This document shows, in pieces, positions 1-10,053 of a stretch of 64,000 nucleotides of DNA. This DNA comes from Naegleria gruberi. Its lineage: Eukaryota. The notes beneath the pieces were generated by a model. That model had not been told where the DNA came from, searched no databases, and saw only the letters and a list, made by a program, of their open reading frames with translations. The position numbers and the translations under genes are program-made. Within the stretch, counting starts at the first letter, position 1, and every line of letters begins with the position of its first letter. Location: assembly GCA_000004985.1 (NCBI GenBank), contig GG738876.1. One strand, 5' to 3'.

Positions 1-24
1 GAACACAACACACATCACAAGGAA

Positions 25-909
25 ATGACTTTGATGAATGAACATACAAAGGCTGACATGTTAGAAAAAATCGCTCACAAACTTGTTGATATTGAAATGA
101 GAAAGAATGATTCTGAAATTTTGAGTGTTAAAGCTTTATACGGACAATTATTGGCTTTCAAATCTACTAAGGATTCTTTGAAGATTTTTGAATTGTTGGA
201 ATTGAAGCACGGAAGAGATGTTAAATATCATTTTAACAGAATTGTTGAAGGTTCATTCTATGAAAAGTTGAAGAGTAATCTTAAATACATTCCTGATGAA
301 GATGCTACCATTGTTGCTATTTACTTTGGAAAGCAAGTTGAAAAGGAAGAAGATGGTCAACAAGTTATGGCTGAAAAGAATGAAACTATCACCTTTGAAG
401 TTAACAAGTCAACAGGAAAGTTGGAACAAATCAAGAAGAACGAACACACTAGGAATTATTACACTTTGAACTATGTTACTCCAATAACCAAGGGACGAAC
501 AGAATTGAACGATTTCAAGATTACCATTGCTAGTTATGTTCCAAATGAAGTTGAACAAGACGAAAAGAAGGCAGAAATTGATTCATTCTTGAGTGGATGT
601 ATTAATACTTGGGATAACCAAAATAATACTCTCAATACTGAATTGTTGAAGAACCCACCAAGCCCTTACAGATTCAAGGGAACTATTGTCAAGTTCAAGA
701 AACACTACCACTCTGAAGATGGTGCTATCAAGGTTACTCTCCACGAAATTCACGATCTTGATACTAAGGCTATCAACTATGAAGTTGTTGTTGTCAGTGA
801 AGAACTTTACAGATACTTGGATGACAAGGAACTGAAGCCAGCTGACAAGAAGAAGAAGTATAAGGAAAGTCTCGAAAAGTTGACTGACTGGTTGTTCACA
901 AACCAATAA
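25..909 (+). CDS. Hypothetical protein (294 aa), no recognisable domain
   Basis: Uninterrupted ORF with strongly biased codon use (AAG much more frequent than AAA, TTG for Leu, C-ending Tyr/Phe/Asn). This bias is shared with the ABCD, acylase and repeat-protein genes of this window. The antisense ORF 583..906 is a shadow. Confidence 0.7.
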   Translation: MTLMNEHTKADMLEKIAHKLVDIEMRKNDSEILSVKALYGQLLAFKSTKDSLKIFELLELKHGRDVKYHFNRIVEGSFYEKLKSNLKYIPDEDATIVAIYFGKQVEKEEDGQQVMAEKNETITFEVNKSTGKLEQIKKNEHTRNYYTLNYVTPITKGRTELNDFKITIASYVPNEVEQDEKKAEIDSFLSGCINTWDNQNNTLNTELLKNPPSPYRFKGTIVKFKKHYHSEDGAIKVTLHEIHDLDTKAINYEVVVVSEELYRYLDDKELKPADKKKKYKESLEKLTDWLFTNQ

Positions 910-1038
910 ATTTACACAACTGCTTGAGTGTTTAATTTATTATCATTTCAATTATCCATTTTTTGTTATCCTATTTCAATTCAGTTTTCAAGTGTGGAGA
1001 ACTTGTGTTCATAGTACTCTGAACTTTAAATCAAAAAA

Positions 1039-1320
1039 ATGACTAACAAGTATAGCCTGCATAGTGACATGAAGATCTTTAGAACTCGTTTATTATTTGT
1101 TGGATGGGTGTTTGTCTTTCTATTCCCACCTGCTGTTCCTTGTCTATTGATGTATTATGAGAAGAGAAAGGTTGAGGCTGAGCACACTGAGACTGGAATT
1201 GGATGTTGTACGAATTATTATTTTGTTTGTGGAATGGTGGATGTTTGTACCATACTGTTGACAATACTAGGTTGGCTTCCTGGTTCAATATTCACAGCAG
1301 TACTATTATCTGGAATATAA
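1039..1320 (+). CDS. Pmp3/RCI2/UPF0057-family small membrane proteolipid, with an internal insertion
   Basis: Start codon preceded by aaaaaaa. There are two hydrophobic helices. FLFPPAV and DVCTILLTILGWLPGSIFTAVLL align to the family motifs (I)FLPP(L)AV and (D)F.INILLT.LGY.PG.IHA. An insertion of about 20 aa (EKRKVEAEHTETGIGCC...) lies between the helices. Confidence 0.6.
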   Translation: MTNKYSLHSDMKIFRTRLLFVGWVFVFLFPPAVPCLLMYYEKRKVEAEHTETGIGCCTNYYFVCGMVDVCTILLTILGWLPGSIFTAVLLSGI

Positions 1321-1553
1321 TCATCTCCAACACAAAATTATACACTCACCCTATGAAAATAATTTGAAGAAAGAATAACAATTTTGAAGAGAATATTTAG
1401 AAAAGAAAATATTGCCATGGAGAACAATTCATAGCAATCATGAAAAAGTACCTTCCGATACCATTTGATCAAGTAATTAATTTGATAATAATAAATATCA
1501 TACGGCAATGATAATTTTAAAAATGATCAAGTATTGGAGATGAACTTAAAAAA

Positions 1554-2867
1554 ATGGAAAAGCAAGAAGAAATAGAAATTACAAACAATAACTTTGATTC
1601 GGAGGAGAGAATGGATCAACGAATGGATCAAGGGAAGGAAGGAATGGCTGATCATTATGGTTCTAGTGAAGATGAAGATACATTGTCTGATCAGTTGGTT
1701 GTTGAAGATGAAGAAGAATATGCTTATTATGATTGGGAAACGGTTGGATCTTCCTTACAAAATCAAGAAGAGGAACTAATTGATTTGTGGATGAGAATTA
1801 ATGATGCCTTTTCCGATAGGAAGAAATCCCTTGTCAACAAGTTTCAAGGAATTTCTAATAATTTGAAAAGAGAATTGGAAAATCAAAAGTTACAACTCAA
1901 ACAAAAGAAGGAAACATTAGTAAGGGAAATGAATCAGCCAGAGAATGTCAAGACCAAGGACAAGTATGCATTTACAATTGGTGTTTTGATTATGGTTTCT
2001 TCAACTTTCCTCTTGGCAAAATATCCCTACCTATTACCAGATTATTACATTGTAATGAGTGTAATTCTGATGGTGATTAGATTCTTTCACTATCATGGAA
2101 TGGGATTCCACTACTTTATGTTAGATTTTTGCTATTTGGCCAACTTTATCTTGATCTTTTATTTGGGATTTTATACAAACAGTCCTCACCTGTTTTTACT
2201 GAACTTTGTAAACAGCAGTGGACCTCTTGCAATTGCCATTGTAATGTGGAGAAATTCATTGGTATTTCATTCGATTGAAAAGGTAACTTCAGTCTTTATA
2301 CACATCTTCCCAGCCATTGTAACATTTGCGTTGAGGTGGTTAATGTTTAATGACAACACTCAAACACCAAAAATTATAACACCAATTGGGGAGAGCTACT
2401 CTATTTGTGTCAATGAAGATTGTTATGTATCATTGGTTGACATTTACGTACCTCACATTTGCTTATTCATATTTTGGCAATTAAGCTATACAATCAAGAC
2501 ACATTTCCTTGACAGAGAATATCTACAAAAACAAAATAATATTCAAACCAGCTACAATTACCTTATCAAGTCTAAAGCGTTCATTCAAACATTGAGTGAC
2601 AAGTTGTATGGAAAGGAACATAGACTTTTAGGATTCATTTCTTTACAATTTTTATTTCATATGTGTACTTTGATTCCTATAAAATTTATGTTTGACCATT
2701 TTTGGGTTCATGTGGCTGTGTTGACAAGTGTATTCTTGGTTTCTGTTTGGAATGGAGCCAACTTTTACTTTGAGAGATTTGCAAAGGTTTATCTTCATGA
2801 CTTGAGAAAGATGGCAGAAAAATTGGAGATGGAAAACAAAGAACAAACTTCAGCAATCACTCAATGA
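1554..2867 (+). CDS. Polytopic membrane protein, probable glycerophosphocholine acyltransferase (Gpc1/GPCAT, DUF2838 family)
   Basis: aaaaaaATG start, acidic N-terminus, then about 8 hydrophobic helices. The motifs KDKYAF, FHYFMLDFCY and GPLAIAIVMWRNSLVFHSIEKVTSVFIHIFP match my recollection of the conserved core of this family. Confidence 0.6.
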   Translation: MEKQEEIEITNNNFDSEERMDQRMDQGKEGMADHYGSSEDEDTLSDQLVVEDEEEYAYYDWETVGSSLQNQEEELIDLWMRINDAFSDRKKSLVNKFQGISNNLKRELENQKLQLKQKKETLVREMNQPENVKTKDKYAFTIGVLIMVSSTFLLAKYPYLLPDYYIVMSVILMVIRFFHYHGMGFHYFMLDFCYLANFILIFYLGFYTNSPHLFLLNFVNSSGPLAIAIVMWRNSLVFHSIEKVTSVFIHIFPAIVTFALRWLMFNDNTQTPKIITPIGESYSICVNEDCYVSLVDIYVPHICLFIFWQLSYTIKTHFLDREYLQKQNNIQTSYNYLIKSKAFIQTLSDKLYGKEHRLLGFISLQFLFHMCTLIPIKFMFDHFWVHVAVLTSVFLVSVWNGANFYFERFAKVYLHDLRKMAEKLEMENKEQTSAITQ

Positions 2868-3106
2868 TAGCGACAAGCAATTTGTAGAGATGACATAATT
2901 TTTTCCAATATTATACTTTTCTAGATAGTACGGTTAAAAAAGCCCTTACAATTTGGAGCTGAAGAACTGATTTTTCTTACTAATTCGTCTAATATTTGCC
3001 ATGGCAGGATTTTTCAGTGATTCTCAGGATGATGCGGTGAGGACACTCTGTAAACTTTTATGAATGTACTCAGGAGTTTGACAGATATTAATAATTCAAA
3101 AAGAAC

Positions 3107-4006
3107 ATGTCGACAAGGGTGACTGAAAGTATTCACAGGTTGCTCTCCTCCTTCAGATCTCTTGACTCTCTGTTGGAATCTTCAGGAGTGGAACACAAAC
3201 ACGAATCACTCAATGTTCTCAAAGGTTATCTTGTAAATAGAAGGAATAGCGAATTGATGGAGTGTATTCTCTTCATCAGAAATTGTAATAATAATGTATA
3301 TACTGTAGATAGTTTCATAGAATTTTATAGAGAGTTTATCAATGTAAATAGTAACAAGTCCTTGAATTTACCAAGCCAAGCAATTCAACAAGCTTTTGAT
3401 CTCTATCAACAATTAACCTGTACAAAAGTCATTTCAAATCATCAATTAATTTCACTCAAGATTGAATCAATTATAAAGAATATTTTCAATCTTATTGAGT
3501 ATCAGATAGATATTGAAATATTACCACAATTCAGAAAGTCAACTGAATACAAGACATATATTTTAGAGAAAGTCATCGAGTTGGGAAGTGATAATCCGCA
3601 ACAACCATCTGGTTTATCTTCTTCACAGAGGGGAAGTTGCCATGACTTGACAGCACATTTAGATGATGCACTTTCGGATTCTGATCAAGATCAGCTCGAT
3701 AAGTCAACAACTATCGAACATATGTTAAAGGAGGGTAACATGTTGGAACATCTCAAAGCATTCCAAAAGAAAAAATTAATTCATCTCTATCAGATTAAAG
3801 ACTTTACAACGCAAGATCTAAAAGACAAGATTGGTATTAAAAAGATTGGACATTTGAAAAGAATTGTACGTCTAGTTAATCAACATTTCAATAATAAACC
3901 CAACGATCTTTCATTGTATTGGTTTGGCTCATTCTCTTTTCACATTTTGTTCCTAACATTTCTCATTGAGAAAGAATGTATTCAGTCTCAATTAGATTCT
4001 GATTGA
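3107..4006 (+). CDS. Hypothetical protein with a C-terminal SAM (sterile alpha motif)-like domain
   Basis: 299-aa ORF. The segment LEHLKAFQKKKLIHLYQIKDFTTQDLKDKIGIKKIGHLKRIVRLV follows the SAM pattern (L..y...F....i....L..Lt..dLk.lGI...GHr.kIl). The extreme C-terminus is hydrophobic and may be mis-extended. Confidence 0.5.
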   Translation: MSTRVTESIHRLLSSFRSLDSLLESSGVEHKHESLNVLKGYLVNRRNSELMECILFIRNCNNNVYTVDSFIEFYREFINVNSNKSLNLPSQAIQQAFDLYQQLTCTKVISNHQLISLKIESIIKNIFNLIEYQIDIEILPQFRKSTEYKTYILEKVIELGSDNPQQPSGLSSSQRGSCHDLTAHLDDALSDSDQDQLDKSTTIEHMLKEGNMLEHLKAFQKKKLIHLYQIKDFTTQDLKDKIGIKKIGHLKRIVRLVNQHFNNKPNDLSLYWFGSFSFHILFLTFLIEKECIQSQLDSD

Positions 4007-4332
4007 TTCTCAAGGTTTTACGATAATTCCTTCCCATTGAACGTTGATATATATTTAAGTAAATAATTCAATTCAAAACTCTCCAAATATTTCATTGTAA
4101 TGGCCAGCTCATTCCAAATCTCAAATGTCTTTCCTTATAAAGGGAGATTTCTGGATGCCCCTAATTACCTTTCTCTACAAATTCAATAAAACGGTAAAAT
4201 CTATTTATTAATACATTATAGAAACTAGATGTATTTACTATTTCACTCCAAAGACCAAATACAAATTGATTCAATTCTGCCTTAAATAGTTCGATTTCCA
4301 GCAAACTATTAGAAAACAACAAAAAAAACAAA

Positions 4333-5310
4333 ATGAAAACAAGTTTAATTATTGCAGCAATTGCAATTCTACTCTTCATTGCAGTTGTACAAGCAACTGA
4401 CAGCTATGCTCCAAAGCCTGACAGTTATGCTCCAAAGCCAGACAGTTACAAGCCACCTGTTAAGAGAGTGTGCAAGAAGAAATGTGTTGCTCACAAGTAT
4501 GTCAATGGAAAGTGTTTGAAACATAAGATTGTTGGTCAAAAGAAGGTCTGTGATAAGTATGCTATTGTTGGTGCTGGAAAATGCTTGAAATACAAAAAGT
4601 TCTCCAAGTGTGACAAGTACAGTAAGCCAATTAAGAAGTGTGTTAAGCATGCATACAAGAAGACTACTTGTGCTAAGAAGAAGTACTGGAAGGTTTGCGA
4701 TTCTTATGGAAGTAAGAAGGTCTGTGCTAAGAAGGCAAGCAAGAAGTATTGTGCCAAGTATGAAAATGTCACCAAGTGTGTCAAACATGCTACCAAGAAG
4801 GTCTGTAAGAAATTCAAGAAGGTTCCAATTAAGAAGTGTGAAAAGAAGAAGGTCTGTGACAAGTACACCACTGATTCATATGCTCCAGCCAAGTGCAAAT
4901 ATGTTAAGAAGTGTAAGGTTGTCTCCTATGCTAAGAAGTGTTGTCAATATAAGAAGATTAAGTATTGTAAGCAAAAGAAGACTTTCAAGAAGTGTTGTCA
5001 ATATAAGACTAAGCATTATTGTGCCAAGCATAAGACTATCAAATTCTGTAAGCACAAGAAGACTTTGAGCAAGTGTATCAAGTACAATAAGAAGAAGTAC
5101 TGTTGTCAATATAAGACCATTCCTTCCAAGTGTATCCATAAGAAGCATTGGAAGAAGTGTGTTAAAAAGTCAAAGGGAAAGAGAATTTGTAAGAAGCACA
5201 AGTTGACTGGTGGAAAGAAGGTCTGTAAGAAGTATGCTCAAAAGAAGGTCTGTGCTAAGAGAAAGAAGGTCTGTAAGAAGGTTGACTCTTATTTTGGTAA
5301 GAAGTGGTAA
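4333..5310 (+). CDS. Secreted, extremely Lys/Cys-rich repetitive protein
   Basis: N-terminal signal peptide (MKTSLIIAAIAILLFIAVVQA). DSYAPKP occurs twice at the N-terminus. After that come dozens of KK(V)C.K(Y/H) units. My hand count is about 106 Lys and about 33 Cys in 325 aa. AAG codon bias is strong. The three overlapping alternative-frame ORFs are shadows. Confidence 0.8.
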   Translation: MKTSLIIAAIAILLFIAVVQATDSYAPKPDSYAPKPDSYKPPVKRVCKKKCVAHKYVNGKCLKHKIVGQKKVCDKYAIVGAGKCLKYKKFSKCDKYSKPIKKCVKHAYKKTTCAKKKYWKVCDSYGSKKVCAKKASKKYCAKYENVTKCVKHATKKVCKKFKKVPIKKCEKKKVCDKYTTDSYAPAKCKYVKKCKVVSYAKKCCQYKKIKYCKQKKTFKKCCQYKTKHYCAKHKTIKFCKHKKTLSKCIKYNKKKYCCQYKTIPSKCIHKKHWKKCVKKSKGKRICKKHKLTGGKKVCKKYAQKKVCAKRKKVCKKVDSYFGKKW

Positions 5311-5417
5311 GGTGAAGGAGATGAAACAATTTTGAAAATTTTGTAATTTTGAAATGAAATAGTGAGAATAAATGTGTTCACCTTAATATATATTCGAAAT
5401 GATCATATCATGCTTCT

Positions 5418-5913
5418 CTAATCAATAATTGATTGTAAACTTTGTAAATGAGCCTCAATTCGAGAAGATTTCTTTTTCATATCTTCAATTTCCTTATTAA
5501 ATTGTTCAGTGAGAGGTTCCACTAGCATCATTTGTGATTTTTCAAATCGGAGTCGTATTGTTTTTTTCTCATTCTCTAGTGAACTAATTACTTTTTGAAT
5601 GGTGGCATGATTTTTTTTGGATTTGATGATTTCCTCTTGTTTTAATTCGAATAGTTCGAGAAGGTTCATTTTGGCGACTGTGTAATTCTCTGCTCGAATG
5701 ATCGTGAATGATTTTAAGTGGTACTTTCACAATAATTACAATTAATTTCGAATAACCTTCCAGCAGATTCCTCCAAAATATTTCGGAATTAATTAATTGA
5801 TCGTGAGTTGATTTGTCGATAGAGAGAATACTTCCAAGATGTTTCACGGAGAGGAATGTAAATATTTCTATTAGAATTTCTGTTGGTAAAGAGATTGACA
5901 TTTTTTTAAACAT
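5418..5913 (-). CDS. F-box protein with a C-terminal coiled coil, two exons
   Basis: ORF 5584..5913 starts with an F-box (LPTEILIEIFTFLSVKHLGSILSIDKSTHDQL), and its likely ATG follows aaaaaaa. The coiled-coil ORF 5418..5669 is in another frame. The frames join with a 67-nt GT-AG intron at 5690..5756 (weak donor gttatt) or a 79-nt variant. The junction is tentative. Confidence 0.55.
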
Positions 5914-6076
5914 GAAAACTAACCTAACACGTTCGAAACTTTAATTTTGAAGGTTTGGATGGCTTCATATCATTTTCTTGTCATGGTGATAGAACATGTA
6001 CCAATTTCTTCAAACACATAATAAACATTTCGTTTTTGTTTCATTGAAATCATAAAGATCTCAAGTACTTAGTTTT

Positions 6077-8014
6077 TTAAAGCTCCTTTTTAATGAAAAC
6101 TGAATGATAGGAACGAAATGGATTTCTAATATCTTGATTTCTTCTATAAGAAGATGATGAGGATGTTTGTTGTGATATCTGATCTACATCTTCACTATAG
6201 TCCACTTCAAATCCATATAATTTTTCACCATCTTGATATTTGAGAGAGCTAATGAGATTGGACCACTCTTCTCTAGATCTATATTCTGCATAGTATTCAG
6301 TGCAAAAATTTGGCATTTCTCTAGGAGAAGACCAAACCATAGAGTACAGTCCGTGCATAATGTCCAACACGAGTGAAATCTCTGTGGGTGTGCAATCGTG
6401 TTCTCTAATAATGAATACACCACCAGGTTCTAAAACTCTGTGAATTTCCTTGATGGTCTCCTCTACATTCTTAATGTGATGAAGAGACATAAGGGCTACC
6501 ACAAGAGAAAACGAATTAGACTCATAGGGAAGCTTATTATTATCCTCACTGATGAGTGTAAAGGTAAATCCTGTTGTGTAACTCTTTCCAATATCTCTGA
6601 CATCGCAGCCGTGAATGTTTTCCTTACTTAATCCCAATTCAGTACCAACTACAGCAGTAATGGATCCTTCTGAACATCCAATGTCTAACATGTTTCTTAT
6701 TTTTGCATTGCTTGGAAGAATTTCCTTAATCTTACTCGATCTATTGTTTGCTCTATATGACGTATCAACAGATGAATCAGATGTCATTTTGGTTAAATTC
6801 ACAGGATTTTCTTGAAGATATTCACGTGATTTGAATATTTCGTTCTGAAACAAGTTGTAAAGTTGATCATAAATTTCCTGATCCTTCTCGTATTGTTCTA
6901 TAATTTTTCCAATCTTGTTTTGTACAATTTCTTGTTGCTTGAAACATTTCCTGAGCATTTGTTTTGAAAGAATTTGAATAAATCTCTTCTTGATATCTCC
7001 AGCAGAATTGAACCAAACATAACTGAATTGTTTTTGGGAGAGTACAGTTGGAAGACCATTCTTATCCAAATCCGTTTCCTTATCTGTATCTGATTCGAGA
7101 ATTGGCAATATAGCTACCATTGTATGGCCATCTTGAATGTTTCTATTTTCAATGATTTTTCTCGTTTTGCATTTTCCCTCTATTTGTTTCACCAGAGCTT
7201 CTGATTCTTCGTCTCTACCTCTGAAAATAAGTAAGGGACATTCTAAATCTTCCAAAATCTCTCTACTCATTTCACAAAGTGAATTAGTTTTGTCCTCAGC
7301 AGATTCGAATAATTTTGTCTTTGAAAAGAGGTCAATGTCAACATATATTATAGATTTGAAATATTCTACTTTTGAGTAGGATTCCCTCATCCAATCCATG
7401 AAATCCTGATTTACACAATTTACCAAATCATTAAATTTGAAGGATTTCAAATTATCTTTCAAACATTCAAATATTTCTCTATTATTTTCTACAGCCACAA
7501 TATTATCAAAGGATCCACTCTTTCTAATTAATAATAAACTTGTAGCTCCAACTCCAGCAAAACCATCTATAAGAGTATTCTTACTTCTACTCTTCTTTGA
7601 ATAGCTGAGTAATGGACAATTTTCATCTCTTACATCCAAAATCCAATTCATCATTAAAAGTTGTGATTCTTCTGGAACGAAACTCTTATAATCCAAACCA
7701 GCCAACTTGGCTAATTTATAATCACGGAATGGAAAGGCATCCTCCAAGTCTCTACATTTACTTGCTCCAATTTTATTCCTCTTATTGTAACTTCCTCTAT
7801 CATTGTGATGAGAAGATGATGAAGAAGAGTAATTCTGTTTCTTTCCATCATGATTATATTCATCTTTATTGTATTTTCCATAATCATCATAATTTCTCTT
7901 CTTATTGTAGGAACCATATGATGATGTCGAGTAATTATTCTTGTTATTACTTCGTCCCGAGGAATTATTGTATGAAGAATTGGATGATGAATTGTGATGA
8001 TAATTTCTTCTCAT
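6077..8014 (-). CDS. Protein with two class I SAM-methyltransferase modules (TGS1/RsmD-like, then Methyltransf_11-like)
   Basis: aaaaaaaaATG start and an N/S/Y-rich N-terminus. Module 1 is LIDGFAGVGATSLLL...IVAVENNREIFECLKDNL...VNQDFMDW (compare TGS1 vvDaFcGvGGN...aiDid...gDf). Module 2 is MLDIGCSEGSITAVVG...LVVALMSLHHI...LEPGGVFIIREHDC. Confidence 0.65.
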   Translation of the reverse strand: MRRNYHHNSSSNSSYNNSSGRSNNKNNYSTSSYGSYNKKRNYDDYGKYNKDEYNHDGKKQNYSSSSSSHHNDRGSYNKRNKIGASKCRDLEDAFPFRDYKLAKLAGLDYKSFVPEESQLLMMNWILDVRDENCPLLSYSKKSRSKNTLIDGFAGVGATSLLLIRKSGSFDNIVAVENNREIFECLKDNLKSFKFNDLVNCVNQDFMDWMRESYSKVEYFKSIIYVDIDLFSKTKLFESAEDKTNSLCEMSREILEDLECPLLIFRGRDEESEALVKQIEGKCKTRKIIENRNIQDGHTMVAILPILESDTDKETDLDKNGLPTVLSQKQFSYVWFNSAGDIKKRFIQILSKQMLRKCFKQQEIVQNKIGKIIEQYEKDQEIYDQLYNLFQNEIFKSREYLQENPVNLTKMTSDSSVDTSYRANNRSSKIKEILPSNAKIRNMLDIGCSEGSITAVVGTELGLSKENIHGCDVRDIGKSYTTGFTFTLISEDNNKLPYESNSFSLVVALMSLHHIKNVEETIKEIHRVLEPGGVFIIREHDCTPTEISLVLDIMHGLYSMVWSSPREMPNFCTEYYAEYRSREEWSNLISSLKYQDGEKLYGFEVDYSEDVDQISQQTSSSSSYRRNQDIRNPFRSYHSVFIKKEL

Positions 8015-8089
8015 TTTTTTTAATAATTAAAAATAGAAATTATTTACAAAATTAAATAATTAAAAGTAAAATAAATATTATAAAATGTA

Positions 8090-9754
8090 TTATATCAAAT
8101 TAACGTAGGATTTCTTTCTATAAATTCTACAATAAATAGTGGTCACTGAAATGATTAGTCCAGCCACCAGTAAAGCTCCAATTATACTAAACGAAACTGA
8201 AAGAGGAACAACTAGATCATTCACTGGACTTGGAGTATAAACTTGGAATGAGAATGAACACTGCTCAGATGGATCAGTACTTGAACATTGCAAAAGGAAT
8301 GCGATATTTTTGGTGGTTTCTGAAATTGGTAAGTTGAATTTTCTCTTTTCTTGTTTTGGTAATAAGGTAAACTTTTCTGAAAAGCTAACAGGAGATGGCA
8401 ATGGAATGCTATCATAAACATCATCTTGGATATAAATTTCCAGTTTTGTTTCATCAGATTTTGAGAGGGTATTGAAATTACCTTCCATAACGAGCTTTCT
8501 TGAATTTGAGATTGGAATTGCAAAGTAAATATTTTCTCCCACCTTGATAGTACCATTGATTTGTTCGTAAACTTTGTGGATGACCGGGGATGGTTTGAAT
8601 TCTGTTTGACCCATGATTGATAGGACAGTTTGATTCTTAATTGGATTCAATTCGAATTGCAAAATTTCAGATGTGTTGGAGGCAAGTTTAGTATAGCTAG
8701 ATTCGTAAAAGACTCCTTCGAATTGTGTAGCTACCAATAAACTATCATCTAGTAAATTCACTTGTTTTCCATTAATATCTGTTCTTGTGTTGTTAATCGA
8801 TTCAAAAGTATACTTGATGGTAAGTCTTGAAATATAATCTGGAATATTTGCTGTTCCATTATCTGTTTTGAAAGTGAATGAAAATGCATCCAGGAAGATA
8901 TACTCTCGATTTCTAAAACGGTGGAATTTCATATCTTTGGAATTGTAAGGGTTAAGATTAAATTGAATTGGAATGCTTGGTTGTGAAAATAATAATCTCA
9001 TTCTTCTATCAGGAAATTGAGTGAGTGGCAATGAGAAGGAAGAATGATAGGATAAATCAACATTCTCTCCCATTTGAATTTCCTTCTCAATTGGCTTACT
9101 ATTAGACACAATTTGAATAGTAATATTTTCAATGTTCCATTTTTCAAGTGCACCCAAATCAAATTGCAAACCATCTTTGAAACTGGAAGAATCTATTATT
9201 TCCTCCTTGTTTCTTACTAGAATTCTCATAGATTTTGGATCCACATTCAATACACCAATTTTATCCCAAACAATAAAACCCATTGTCACATTGTGTGAAT
9301 TATTGAAAGATTCCCTCGGGAAGTAAAATTCATACGAATCCATCAAGTAATAAGTCGAGTTATCAATCATTGAAAAGCATCTCCCTTCACAATTCTTTGT
9401 CGCCTCAAATTCAATGATTGGTTCGGAACTGTTTCCTTCAGGAATTGGAGCTGCAAAGATCAAATTGACACCAGCCAACTCTGACAAGGCAGATGGTAAG
9501 AAGAATAATTCACTCAGTGCCGTTTCATTATTAACACGAAACCATTTTGAAACTCTGCCCAACTCGCCAATATTACACGAATCAGCCTTCACCATATTAT
9601 CCATTCCATTCACTATCATCATCAGCAGCACTATTGCAATCATCAACATGCTTGAAATCACAGAATGCTTTCCCAATCGGTGATAATCAACTAGAGCACG
9701 ATTATTTCCTCTTCTTCTTGTTACAGCAGCTGCTCCGTTAAAATCTTGAATCAT
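8090..9754 (-). CDS. Type I membrane glycoprotein-like protein, unknown family
   Basis: The first ATG is at 9754; the track start at 9760 is TTG. There is an N-terminal hydrophobic signal or anchor (VISSMLMIAIVLLMMIV). A luminal domain of about 480 aa carries many N-x-S/T sites. The C-terminus has a TM helix (LSVSFSIIGALLVAGLIISVTTIY) and a short basic tail. Confidence 0.65.
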   Translation of the reverse strand: MIQDFNGAAAVTRRRGNNRALVDYHRLGKHSVISSMLMIAIVLLMMIVNGMDNMVKADSCNIGELGRVSKWFRVNNETALSELFFLPSALSELAGVNLIFAAPIPEGNSSEPIIEFEATKNCEGRCFSMIDNSTYYLMDSYEFYFPRESFNNSHNVTMGFIVWDKIGVLNVDPKSMRILVRNKEEIIDSSSFKDGLQFDLGALEKWNIENITIQIVSNSKPIEKEIQMGENVDLSYHSSFSLPLTQFPDRRMRLLFSQPSIPIQFNLNPYNSKDMKFHRFRNREYIFLDAFSFTFKTDNGTANIPDYISRLTIKYTFESINNTRTDINGKQVNLLDDSLLVATQFEGVFYESSYTKLASNTSEILQFELNPIKNQTVLSIMGQTEFKPSPVIHKVYEQINGTIKVGENIYFAIPISNSRKLVMEGNFNTLSKSDETKLEIYIQDDVYDSIPLPSPVSFSEKFTLLPKQEKRKFNLPISETTKNIAFLLQCSSTDPSEQCSFSFQVYTPSPVNDLVVPLSVSFSIIGALLVAGLIISVTTIYCRIYRKKSYVNLI

Positions 9755-10053
9755 TTTCAAAGATTTGGTGTGGGACTTTTTTTTTTGGTTTGAGATTTTT
9801 CAAAAATCGTTTTTCTAGAATGCTTCCAATTTGTTTTGACTGAATTTTGATGAGCCAAGCAAAGCGCGTAAAATAGTATTGTAACACAACAAAATTGTTC
9901 CATTGCACAATGAGAAGATATTGAGGGTAACCATCTAAAAGATAGGTTAGGACCTAGATATATGGTATAAGGCAGGTTGACTTGTATTGAAAATAAATAT
10001 TATTTAAATATTTACAATTTAATAAAATTTAAATTAAATATTCCTTTAAAAAA

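Noticed and set aside
583-906. The many 60-150-aa ORFs lying antisense to or out of frame within larger ORFs, e.g. 583..906, 1079..1288, 6184..6423, 7612..8055, 8221..8556, 12554..12832, 30561..30889, 34421..35011, 52540..53001 and 54538..55164
   Set aside because: Each is fully contained in a longer ORF that has domain-level support or a proper start context. Their products are low-complexity or hydrophobic noise typical of AT-rich sequence.
4369-5148. ORFs 4369..4788 (-), 4610..5068 (+), 4704..4898 (-) and 4876..5148 (-), which overlap the Lys/Cys-rich gene
   Set aside because: These are shadow ORFs produced by AAG/AAGAAG-rich coding sequence. Only the 4333..5310 frame has a signal peptide and a coherent repeat structure.
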